A stretch of DNA of 63,228 nucleotides from a virus, in IMG/VR virus record IMGVR_UViG_3300020595_000002, positions 1 through 63,228 of that record. One strand, written 5' to 3'. Below the pieces are notes generated by a model. It searched no databases. It worked only from the letters and a program-made list of their open reading frames with translations, and had not been told where the DNA came from. This document shows positions 35,634-43,303 of the stretch, in pieces. Position 1 is the stretch's first letter. Every line of letters starts with the position of its first letter. The position numbers were made by a program, and so were the translations under genes.

Positions 35634-37064
35634 ATGCCAACCATGGAAAAAGAGAAGAAGTTTAAGTATGACCCTAATAAACGTGGTGTGTTTGCGCCAT
35701 CAAGCGCCCAGAAAGAAGCCAATAAAATAGTTGGGAAAGTTGGCAGAAACGTCGTCGGAATGACCGGAGATATAATTAAAAATAGTCCAGTTGGGATAGG
35801 CGCAAGAACTGCTTCAAAGGTTTTTGCACCTGTACTAGAAAAAGGCTTAGAAGCAGTGAAAGAAGATGCCGTAAATACAAAAACGTTTGTTGCAGGAACA
35901 AAACCCCAAGACCAGATAGAAGATCCTGCAGAAAATGCAAGAACATTTCCGGCAACAGCAAACGCCGCAGAACTCCCAGGGACAACTCAAGAGAACATGC
36001 AGCTTTCTCCTTCTCATAACGTAGGCGAAGTGCCAGATACGGAAGCAAGGACTTTTCCAGCAGCACGACAACCTGGAACCGGTTTTATAAAAAACGAAGA
36101 AACCGGAGACGTTTTCTCTATTTCTGGGAATAAGATAACCGGAAAAGATAAAGACGGAAACGTGATAGACAAACCGACCAGGGCTTTTACACCAGCAGGC
36201 CCACAGGAAGGAACAGACCAAAAATCCAGCCTGTTCAGCTCAGGTAAAGATTACAAAACCGACAGCGGCCTCCAGGTTTCCTTTGACCAAAACACCAGCC
36301 AAGAAGAACGCCAAGCCTTTATGAGAAATCCAACCCAGGGAACGAGACAACGATCTGGTTTGCTCGATCCTGGAGAGCAGAGTGTTCGTGAAAAATACTT
36401 TCAGGCGAGTAAAGACGGAAGAAACAAGCAGGATGAAAAGCCTATTGGATGGCGTGAGCGCGTAGCCAACAAAAGAATAGATACAGGTCTTGAGAGTACC
36501 AAGTTGCAGCAGGAAGGTGCGAATACCAGGCAGGAAGAACAGAACGCTATTCTTTCCGACAAAAATGAAATAGACCGCATTGGTACAGAAGCTATTGCTG
36601 GAGAAAGAAACGCAAAGGCTGAAACTCTTCAGCAAATGAACGATCTTCGCTCCAATATTCTCAATGAAACAGATCCCGACAAACTGGCAAAGTTGGAAGA
36701 ACAATATTATGCACTGAATGGTAAAACTGGCGGAGACACTAGTTTTAACAAGAAAGCTCGAATAGATACATCATTAAAGCTTGCTAAAATGTATGACGAT
36801 AAATTTGCAGAAGATTCTTTTGACCAGAAGCCAACTGATTATATTGACGCAGAGGCAAGTCAACCGATTCCAAGAGAAGTGATGTATTATCGTGATGCGC
36901 CGGAAGCAGCAAGAGCGTTGTACGGAGAACCAAGCCCAGAGGTTCAGGCGTTACTCATCTTAAATAAAAGCCCAGAGTATTGGCAGAAATACCAGACAAC
37001 TTCACCGGAAGGAAGAAGGAAGGTTATTGAGAATATAATCGCGCAGAGCCAAGGAAGAGGGTAA
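35634..37064 (+). CDS. Virion-associated protein, charged/low complexity (internal or ejection protein candidate)
   Basis: 476 aa, Q/E/K rich, the last gene of this late block. Confidence 0.45.
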   Translation: MPTMEKEKKFKYDPNKRGVFAPSSAQKEANKIVGKVGRNVVGMTGDIIKNSPVGIGARTASKVFAPVLEKGLEAVKEDAVNTKTFVAGTKPQDQIEDPAENARTFPATANAAELPGTTQENMQLSPSHNVGEVPDTEARTFPAARQPGTGFIKNEETGDVFSISGNKITGKDKDGNVIDKPTRAFTPAGPQEGTDQKSSLFSSGKDYKTDSGLQVSFDQNTSQEERQAFMRNPTQGTRQRSGLLDPGEQSVREKYFQASKDGRNKQDEKPIGWRERVANKRIDTGLESTKLQQEGANTRQEEQNAILSDKNEIDRIGTEAIAGERNAKAETLQQMNDLRSNILNETDPDKLAKLEEQYYALNGKTGGDTSFNKKARIDTSLKLAKMYDDKFAEDSFDQKPTDYIDAEASQPIPREVMYYRDAPEAARALYGEPSPEVQALLILNKSPEYWQKYQTTSPEGRRKVIENIIAQSQGRG

Positions 37065-37520
37065 CTACTCAACACCTTCAAAGGCTTTTTCAAGATCAAT
37101 CTTATGCCCTGCTTGGTCAACAACTATGGCAGGGCTTTTTTGTTGTGCTATAGGTGGAGACTTACCATCGCCACCAGCCTGTAAAGTAAGCCATCCAACG
37201 GCAAAGACAAAGAGAACAGTGATATTAACAAGAGCTCTTTTTAAACTGACTCTTTGCTCTCGAACTGGTTTTTTCTTTTTGTCTTCTCTATTTCTCTTCA
37301 TAGCTACCAAAAGAACACCTCCAACTATTGCAATACCGACAATTTGAGCAAAAAGGGTAGGGGTGTTTACGATGCCTTTATCTGTTCTGTCGCTCAAGAT
37401 AAAGCCGTAACCAACATTATATTCACCCTTTACCCGCACAGCCTTAAAGGGCGGAAAAAGGATCATTAGGGCTATAACTCCGGCCATAACGAATAAGCTG
37501 ATTTGTTGCGCTTTACTCAT
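37065..37520 (-). CDS. Membrane protein (about 3 TM), second gene of the minus-strand moron
   Basis: Its ATG overlaps the upstream stop (ATGA coupling). TM segments ISLFVMAGVIALMILF, IVGIAIVGGVLLVAM, ITVLFVFAVGWLTL. Confidence 0.6.
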   Translation of the reverse strand: MSKAQQISLFVMAGVIALMILFPPFKAVRVKGEYNVGYGFILSDRTDKGIVNTPTLFAQIVGIAIVGGVLLVAMKRNREDKKKKPVREQRVSLKRALVNITVLFVFAVGWLTLQAGGDGKSPPIAQQKSPAIVVDQAGHKIDLEKAFEGVE

Positions 37521-37699
37521 TTGCTGCACCTTGACATGCACCGTCCATGAGCGTCACCGCACCTAGCAATGCACTGTCCGTCACCATTACACTGAGCAAT
37601 GCATATTCCCTGGTCGGAAGCGCAGTCACCAAAACAATCAGCAAAAGAAACAGAAAAAGATAGCAGGACAAGAAGAGTAGACAACATCAAGTATTTCAT
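37517..37699 (-). CDS. Secreted cysteine-rich peptide (Sec signal plus about 40-aa mature part with four CX3C motifs)
   Basis: SD GAGGGG before ATG 37699. MKYLMLSTLLVLLSFSVSFA then DCFGDCASDQGICIAQCNGDGQCIARCGDAHGRCMSRCSK. Confidence 0.6.
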   Translation of the reverse strand: MKYLMLSTLLVLLSFSVSFADCFGDCASDQGICIAQCNGDGQCIARCGDAHGRCMSRCSK

Positions 37700-37842
37700 A
37701 ATCCCCTCATTAAGAAATTTTTCATCTAACAAATCATACACCCAAAACAAAAACAAGTCAACCTAACTGTTTGATGTGAAAAGAGGTGTTGTATTGTGAA
37801 AAATAAAAACACCAAAAAGATGTATTAAAAGACATTATATTC

Positions 37843-37870
37843 TTGCAAAACAGTATTTTTACGATACAAT
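37843..37870 (+). promoter_or_regulatory. Sigma70-like promoter driving the antirepressor leader
   Basis: TTGCAA (37843-37848), 16-nt spacer, TACAAT (37865-37870). An ACAACA-n14-TGTTGT inverted repeat lies just downstream (37876-37901). Confidence 0.5.
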
Positions 37871-38431
37871 AGAAAACAACAATATGTATTTTTAATGTTG
37901 TAATCGTTTGGCTGGAGCGTCCTTTGATGGGTTAAAATCCTTTTCAACGACTGAAAGAGACACGTTGAAAGGCCGAGTGATCGGCACTATCTAGCCAGAT
38001 CTTCATAACCGCTTTACGGCTCTGCTCGTCTCTTCGAGCGTTTTGGATCGGGTTTTCAGTGACATTTCCCGTTCCTTGTCGCACCTCCCAGGGGCGGAGC
38101 TAGTTAGCTTTTCTTTTCAGGGGAATCAATGGAAGCAACAGTCTCAAAAAATATCTTGACATCTCTTAACAATTCGGGCTACCATTACCTTGCAACGGCA
38201 AAATCCGTTGTCGGGATTAGCAGCCCGAACCTATCAGGCGGACACACCGCCTTATTTACTGGCGGTTTTTTTGTGTCCGATAATCATGACGTTGCTCTGT
38301 TTGGCGAGTCATGTGGGGAGTCTTCGGACTCGCCGGTTCCTGGTAGCCGGTCTGCTAACCCGCATGGTTCGCCTTTTCTGTTTAGCAGCAGAGAAGGTGA
38401 AAACATTTCATCTTTTACCAGGAGCAAGATC
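37871..38431 (+). ncRNA. Long hairpin-dense untranslated leader or embedded regulatory RNA upstream of the antirepressor
   Basis: About 560 nt with no credible CDS. Hairpins: TTCAACG/CGTTGAA (37943-37969), GCCGA-GTGA-TCGGC (37972-37985), alternative GGCGG/CCGCC/GGCGG+T7 (38237-38272), GAGTC-TTCG-GACTC (38318-38331), CTGCTAA/TTAGCAG (38352-38388). Confidence 0.4.
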
Positions 38432-39172
38432 ATGACCAGACACATCTCTGTAGTTACCCCTGAAACCATTCCTCAGATTCACTTCAAAGATCAGCCCGTA
38501 CTTACTACGGCGTTACTTGCACAGTTGTACGGAACTCGCAAAACGAACATCTATACAAATTACAGAAAAAACAAATCAAGATTCACCGTGGGAAAGCACC
38601 TATTTGCTTTAAACCCCAGCGAAACACAATGTTTCAAGATGTTGCTGAGCGAAACTCAGCAAGCCATTATCCCACCAAGTACCCCAAAACTAACCCTCTG
38701 GACAGAACGAGGCGCAGCCCGTCATGCCAAGATGCTTAACACCGATCAGGCATGGGATGTTTTTGAACGCCTGGAGGAGTGTTACTTCGAGCGGTACCCA
38801 CGAACCGTCAACCTTCCTGTTGCTACTATAAGTCCTGAACAGCAGAGAGAAGTGCAAAAGCTCGTTGCCGCAATAGTCCATGGTGAGGATTCAGGAAAAA
38901 GCGGCTTTGCCAAGGTCTACGGCAAAATAAAGGACAGGTTCAAGGTTCCTTCATACAAAGATGTACCGAAAGAGGAATACAAAAGCCTTGTCTCTTTTAT
39001 CCATGAACTCAGCCCTACGGAAGTGAGAAAAACAGATACCTCTCTTTCACACCTTGACCCTGCTCTTGTCAGTTTGTTGGCCAGATGCAGCAAGAGGCAG
39101 ATAGCGCAAATATCTTCACTGCTTGGCATCATCATGTCTGGAGTGAAGTATAGAATGAAACTTGATTACTAA
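38432..39172 (+). CDS. Antirepressor-like protein, ORF6N-type N-terminal domain
   Basis: FKDQPVLTTALLAQLYGTRKTNIYTNYRKNKSRFTVGKHLFAL matches the ORF6N pattern. SD AGGAG 7 nt before ATG 38432. The 101 upstream in-frame codons look non-protein-like. Confidence 0.7.
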   Translation: MTRHISVVTPETIPQIHFKDQPVLTTALLAQLYGTRKTNIYTNYRKNKSRFTVGKHLFALNPSETQCFKMLLSETQQAIIPPSTPKLTLWTERGAARHAKMLNTDQAWDVFERLEECYFERYPRTVNLPVATISPEQQREVQKLVAAIVHGEDSGKSGFAKVYGKIKDRFKVPSYKDVPKEEYKSLVSFIHELSPTEVRKTDTSLSHLDPALVSLLARCSKRQIAQISSLLGIIMSGVKYRMKLDY

Positions 39173-39203
39173 AAACCAATCGTCAAAGGATGTGGGTTTT
39201 CCC

Positions 39204-39470
39204 ATGTCCTTTGGCTGGAGAGAATCAATGACCAGAGCACTAACCAATCTCACCAAAATAATACCATTCACCGGCAAGAAAGACAAAGCCAGCAGAGTTG
39301 TTGACTTGTCCGAGGTGTTTGTCCTTCAGCGCAAAAGGGAAGGAATATGGAAAGACTTTGGTTTCCCAAGGCCAGAAGCAGAAAGACTCTTCAATGTTGC
39401 CAAGAAGATGGATCACGTAGAAACCAGAGTAATCAAACGGCTGACCGTTGACATAGAAATATTCGAATAA
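39204..39470 (+). CDS. Hypothetical protein
   Basis: ORF 39162-39470. ATG 39204 preferred over TTG 39162. Start uncertain. Confidence 0.4.
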   Translation: MSFGWRESMTRALTNLTKIIPFTGKKDKASRVVDLSEVFVLQRKREGIWKDFGFPRPEAERLFNVAKKMDHVETRVIKRLTVDIEIFE

Positions 39471-39488
39471 TTCACAGGAGAGAGAACA

Positions 39489-40193
39489 ATGTCGGAGTAC
39501 GGAAAACCCAACACTAAAGCAGTTGAGAAGATTGAGCGACTTCTTGTTTTGCAGTGCTCAATCAGTGGGCTGGCTAAAACTGTAAATGAAATAATCATTG
39601 ACGAAGCACATTCAAGTCCAACTCACCCGCTTGCAGGAAATGACTTTGTGAAGTCTGCCATGCTGGAAGGAATTGACAGTATGACCTCTGAAGCTGATCG
39701 GTTGTTGGAGTGGTTGCGGGATCGGGAGGAAAGCAGAAGCCAAAACCTCAAAGCAGACTGCACAGAACTAGACCTTGACGTGGAAATATCACCGCTTTCA
39801 GAGGAAGAGAAAAACGCCAGGTGCCAAAAAGCGCTTGATATCATGCAGTCATACCTCAGGAAGTATCACCGCCCAGATGCAGATCTCGTGTTCAATAAAA
39901 TCAAACCAACTATAGAACAAACCACAGAAGACCGCATAAAGTCAATTATATACAACGCCTTTCGTCTACAACACTCCAAAGACCTGCAATTCGATTCTCC
40001 GTCAGACATCCGCAAAACCGACACCCTGCAGGACACGCTCAATGGTGACTCAGTTGATTGCATGGAGATGGTTATGCAGTTGGAGGAAGAGTTTGATATC
40101 ACGATACATGATCCAGATACAGAGCAGTTTGTGACTGTTGGAGATGTTATTGATTTTGCAAGGAAACACCTCTCTGAGATCAGGTCTAATTAG
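39489..40193 (+). CDS. Protein with a C-terminal acyl-carrier-protein (ACP) domain
   Basis: The C-terminal about 85 aa align by eye with AcpP: LNGDSVDCMEMVMQLEEEFDITIHDPDTEQFVTVGDVIDF versus [40 protein letters not shown]. The DS(V/L)D serine is present. Confidence 0.75.
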   Translation: MSEYGKPNTKAVEKIERLLVLQCSISGLAKTVNEIIIDEAHSSPTHPLAGNDFVKSAMLEGIDSMTSEADRLLEWLRDREESRSQNLKADCTELDLDVEISPLSEEEKNARCQKALDIMQSYLRKYHRPDADLVFNKIKPTIEQTTEDRIKSIIYNAFRLQHSKDLQFDSPSDIRKTDTLQDTLNGDSVDCMEMVMQLEEEFDITIHDPDTEQFVTVGDVIDFARKHLSEIRSN

Positions 40194-40225
40194 CTGACTA
40201 CCAATTAACCCAAAAGGAGCCAACC

Positions 40226-40372
40226 ATGCAAAAGCGAATAAACAGTATGATAGCAGTGGCGATTGTCTTCACGGTTTTTTGCATTGCTTTTAATATGATG
40301 CTGACTCCGGTTGCGAAGAAGTTAAATATGGAGCGTGAGGCTGTTGCTGTTGAGCGGGTTGGGGTGAAATAA
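40226..40372 (+). CDS. 48-aa single-TM protein (below the ORF-track cutoff)
   Basis: SD AAGGAG 6 nt before the ATG. MQKRINSMIAVAIVFTVFCIAFNMMLTPV... Confidence 0.5.
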   Translation: MQKRINSMIAVAIVFTVFCIAFNMMLTPVAKKLNMEREAVAVERVGVK

Positions 40373-40374
40373 CC

Positions 40375-40527
40375 ATGGGCGAATACAAAATAATTACAGG
40401 TACAGACTCAGATTGTCAGATGAAGCTCAATCAGTGGAAGCATCAATATAACCTCGATATCCTGCAAATGTCCGTGAGGGCAAGTGACGGTTTTGTGGTG
40501 ATTTTACTGGTAAGACACAAGAAATAG
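40375..40527 (+). CDS. 50-aa hypothetical protein (below the ORF-track cutoff)
   Basis: SD GGGGTGA. MGEYKIITGTDSDCQMKLNQWKHQYNLDILQM... The stop overlaps the first bases of the tRNA-like element. Confidence 0.45.
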   Translation: MGEYKIITGTDSDCQMKLNQWKHQYNLDILQMSVRASDGFVVILLVRHKK

Positions 40528-40676
40528 GGCTGTGGCGGAATTGTGGTAGACGCTATTAGTAGGCAAACGGAGCAGGAATCATAACCTGTGCGACATACGA
40601 GAGGTCGCTCCCTCGTATCTGTATAGCAAAAATTGTCCGGGTAGCCGTGTGAGTTCAAATCTCATCAGCCCTTCCA
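40526..40676 (+). ncRNA. Aberrant tRNA-like element (151 nt)
   Basis: Perfect 7-bp acceptor stem AGGGCTG/CAGCCCT. U8. D-arm GCGG-aattgtGGtag-ACGC. T-arm GTGAG-TTCAAAT-CTCAT. Discriminator T plus CCA. About 95 nt (instead of about 22) lie between the D and T arms. Confidence 0.45.
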
Positions 40677-40703
40677 TTAAAACTCAAATAAGGAGTAGTG
40701 ATT

Positions 40704-41195
40704 ATGCCAACAGCAGTAGAAATGCCAAAGTACAAATGCCACAAGGAAGTCTGGGCGCTGAAGATTGCAAAGATAGAAAAAGACAGTGACGTTGCCGCAA
40801 TTGAGGACAGAGAGACAGACGGTGCAGCCACGCTTTCATTTGAGGAAGATGGTTATGGCGATATCATAGTCAGCCCATCATACGTGAGAAAACACAACCC
40901 ACAAGTCGGTGGATATTACGTGGTTTATCAGGACGGATACAAATCATTCTCACCGGCAGAGGCTTTTGAGACTGGATATACCAGGATGAACTCTGATTAT
41001 AAGAACAGAGTTGTTGAAGAGAAAGAGCAACTTGATATAAAAATATCGAAACTGTCAGCTTTTGTTTTTTCAGGGAAATTTACCGAGATTGAAAACATCA
41101 AAGAGCGCGAATACATGGAACGCCAGCTTCACTACATGATGGATTACAGCAGATGTCTCCGCGAGCGCATTCTTTCGTTTAATAATTCTCGTTAA
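40704..41195 (+). CDS. Hypothetical protein
   Basis: SD AGGAG 8 nt before ATG 40704. 163 aa. Confidence 0.6.
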   Translation: MPTAVEMPKYKCHKEVWALKIAKIEKDSDVAAIEDRETDGAATLSFEEDGYGDIIVSPSYVRKHNPQVGGYYVVYQDGYKSFSPAEAFETGYTRMNSDYKNRVVEEKEQLDIKISKLSAFVFSGKFTEIENIKEREYMERQLHYMMDYSRCLRERILSFNNSR

Positions 41196-41219
41196 CTTAA
41201 CCAGAACCTAAGTAATTCT

Positions 41220-41249
41220 AACCCCGTAACGTTCATTCGTTACGGGGTT
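41220..41249. other. Perfect 12-bp hairpin (AACCCCGTAACG-ttcatt-CGTTACGGGGTT), no T-run
   Basis: Read directly. Followed by two direct TGTGCAGG repeats (41271-41278, 41310-41317) flanking another hairpin. Confidence 0.6.
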
Positions 41250-41357
41250 GTGGCAGTAGAAAGTCCAGCTTGTGCAGGGTCCGGCATCGGTGAAATATCC
41301 GACCCTACCTGTGCAGGTTGGACGGTATTTAAGAAAAAACATTCAAAGGAGAACATC

Positions 41358-41576
41358 ATGAGCGTAAGAGAAGTTTCAAAAAGTGGTAAGTCATTAGTTG
41401 CAGAACTGATGGATGAAGCAAAAGAAGAACTGAGCAAAGAAGTTCGCGGAAAAGCGAAGTCTCGCATTAAAACGCTTCTTTCCAGGCGCAGCGATGCCAA
41501 AAAGGTCTTGGATAACATCGACCGCGAAATCAAAGAGCTTGAACTTACCATCTCTCAGGAAGTAGAGGCTCTTTAA
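41358..41576 (+). CDS. Hypothetical coiled-coil protein
   Basis: SD AAGGAG before ATG 41358. The longer ORF from 41250 runs through the hairpin region. Confidence 0.55.
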   Translation: MSVREVSKSGKSLVAELMDEAKEELSKEVRGKAKSRIKTLLSRRSDAKKVLDNIDREIKELELTISQEVEAL

Positions 41577-42170
41577 ATGCGAGGTAATTGTTACGGACGC
41601 GACCCACGTATCTTGTCCTATCCCATTCAGTTGCATTGGATGGGATGGACAGCATCTACACATGACCTTGCTCGGTATGGATGGGAAATATCAGCAATAG
41701 AAAGACAATTTGATGACTCTATGCAGATTGCCGTTAAGCATAGCTCTCACGGAAGAGAGGTTCGTGGTGTATCAGATATTATAAACGGACATGTCTTTGG
41801 GCGTGGAATTTCTCTAAACGACAGACAGAGATTCGATTTAAGCGTGAGAATGAAACTGGCAGAGCAAATACGCTTAGATCATATTATGTCTATGGAACCA
41901 AGGGATTGGTCAGCAGTAGACCCCAGACCAACGCTTTCCTCGCCAGATATTGAAACTCTTGACGACCTCTGTCATTTTAAAAAGATCAACGTCAACGCTC
42001 AAGAGGTTTTCTTAAAAGAGGCAAGTATTCAGGAGATTTTACAACTTGCTCTTGAGAAGCAGGAACCAAGACAGGCCCAGATTAGAAAAGAAATGATTCG
42101 GAGAAAAGAGATGGAAGAATTTAACCGAGTCGATTCTGAACCACATACAGAATTAAGATTAGTTGCTTAA
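41577..42170 (+). CDS. Hypothetical protein
   Basis: 197-aa ORF starting 1 nt after the upstream stop. Confidence 0.6.
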   Translation: MRGNCYGRDPRILSYPIQLHWMGWTASTHDLARYGWEISAIERQFDDSMQIAVKHSSHGREVRGVSDIINGHVFGRGISLNDRQRFDLSVRMKLAEQIRLDHIMSMEPRDWSAVDPRPTLSSPDIETLDDLCHFKKINVNAQEVFLKEASIQEILQLALEKQEPRQAQIRKEMIRRKEMEEFNRVDSEPHTELRLVA

Positions 42171-42285
42171 TCAAATATCCGGCTCAACAAAACCCAAAAG
42201 GAGGTGATTGCCATGCCCTAAAATAACACCAACCCCACTTTGTTGGTGTGACTGATAAATCAAAAATCAAAATCTCTACTCTCCG

Positions 42286-42326
42286 CCCTTGCCGATTAAC
42301 TAACCCCTTTTCGGTAAGGGCTTTTC
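42286..42326 (+). terminator. Intrinsic terminator candidate
   Basis: 11-bp stem GCCCTTGCCGA/TCGGTAAGGGC (one G-U pair) followed by TTTT. Confidence 0.5.
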
Positions 42327-42367
42327 GGGTGAAAGCTGTTGAGAATCAACCCAACCAAGGAAAACCA

Positions 42368-42565
42368 ATGACATCATACCAATACAACGAGATCAGAACA
42401 TTTAAAACCTTCCGTTACGGGCTTCAATATAATCTCTATCTGATTGGAGCAGAAAACCACCCAAAGGAAGATGTGGCGCTCACCTATATTATTGATAAAT
42501 TTGCTCTTGGTGAGATGAACGAGGTTGCGCCTTCTCTTGTGCTTCTTGAGAGGGAAACGAAATGA
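42368..42565 (+). CDS. Hypothetical protein
   Basis: SD AAGGA before ATG 42368. The upstream part of the longest ORF spans the terminator. Confidence 0.55.
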   Translation: MTSYQYNEIRTFKTFRYGLQYNLYLIGAENHPKEDVALTYIIDKFALGEMNEVAPSLVLLERETK

Positions 42566-42879
42566 AAAACCTCACTAAATTACCATCAAGGATTTTAACT
42601 GGATTCAAGGTGGGATTTTGGGCTATGCGAAATCAAGAAGTATTAGCTGAAAATACCTTTAAGATGCTTAGTGAATTGCTCAATCTTATCCTCAAGGTTT
42701 CTTGCGAAGACAGGCATTACATGACACAAATTGTCATTACCAACCACATGGATGATTCTGTTCAACCAATAGTTTACATATGGGCCGGAGCGGGAGCAGG
42801 AGCAGCTCCATTAAAAAGAATACAAGAGCTTGTTGAAGAAAACAACTTGTTGAAAGATAAGATCAAGAATGGTGGATAA
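42562..42879 (+). CDS. Hypothetical protein
   Basis: 4-nt overlap with the upstream gene. 105 aa. Confidence 0.55.
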   Translation: MKNLTKLPSRILTGFKVGFWAMRNQEVLAENTFKMLSELLNLILKVSCEDRHYMTQIVITNHMDDSVQPIVYIWAGAGAGAAPLKRIQELVEENNLLKDKIKNGG

Positions 42880-42930
42880 ATTGAAAAACAGCTAATATTT
42901 TGCCAGTGGATAGAGGCAAGTGAGGGAAGA

Positions 42931-43140
42931 ATGACTTGGATTTCAGTTAAAGACCAAAAGCCACCATCAGCGGAGCCCGTAGTCTATGCCCGTCCAGATT
43001 TCCGCAGGGGAAGTGGTCATTGGAGTGTAGGTATCGCTTATTGGACAGTCAGTAAGAAATGGAACCCTGAGCTTGAAAGCATACATGCACCAACAGGTTT
43101 TACTCACTGGATGCCTATACCTGATCCACCAAGGAGTTAA
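42931..43140 (+). CDS. DUF551 domain protein
   Basis: MTWISVKDQKPP...THWMPIPDPP is the classic DUF551 start and end. Confidence 0.7.
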   Translation: MTWISVKDQKPPSAEPVVYARPDFRRGSGHWSVGIAYWTVSKKWNPELESIHAPTGFTHWMPIPDPPRS

Positions 43141-43144
43141 AATA

Positions 43145-43300
43145 ATGGACGTTAACTACTTCTACTGCCCTCATTGCGGATATGAGGATTTTGATATTTA
43201 CGTTGGTTTCAGCGCCACGTATGCAGACGACGACTATTATTTTTGTCCGAAGTGTAAAGAGGAAAGCCCTATTGTTGGGGTTTTTGACGATCAAGGTTAA
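43145..43300 (+). CDS. Small zinc-ribbon protein
   Basis: SD AAGGAG. CPHCG...CPKC. Confidence 0.55.
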   Translation: MDVNYFYCPHCGYEDFDIYVGFSATYADDDYYFCPKCKEESPIVGVFDDQG

Positions 43301-43303
43301 TGG

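Noticed and set aside
38129-38431. N-terminal 101-codon extension of the antirepressor ORF (MEATVSKNIL...).
   Set aside because: The translation is Ser/Gly-rich and non-protein-like, and the region is packed with stable hairpins and a T7 run. A good SD precedes the internal ATG at 38432, exactly where the ORF6N homology begins.
40554-40652. Reading GCA AAC GGA... inside the tRNA-like element as a tmRNA tag ORF (the resume codon GCA AAC resembles the E. coli ssrA tag start).
   Set aside because: The element is only 151 nt and has no pseudoknots. The frame stops only inside the T-stem, and the predicted tag does not end in a typical degradation motif. This is too speculative.
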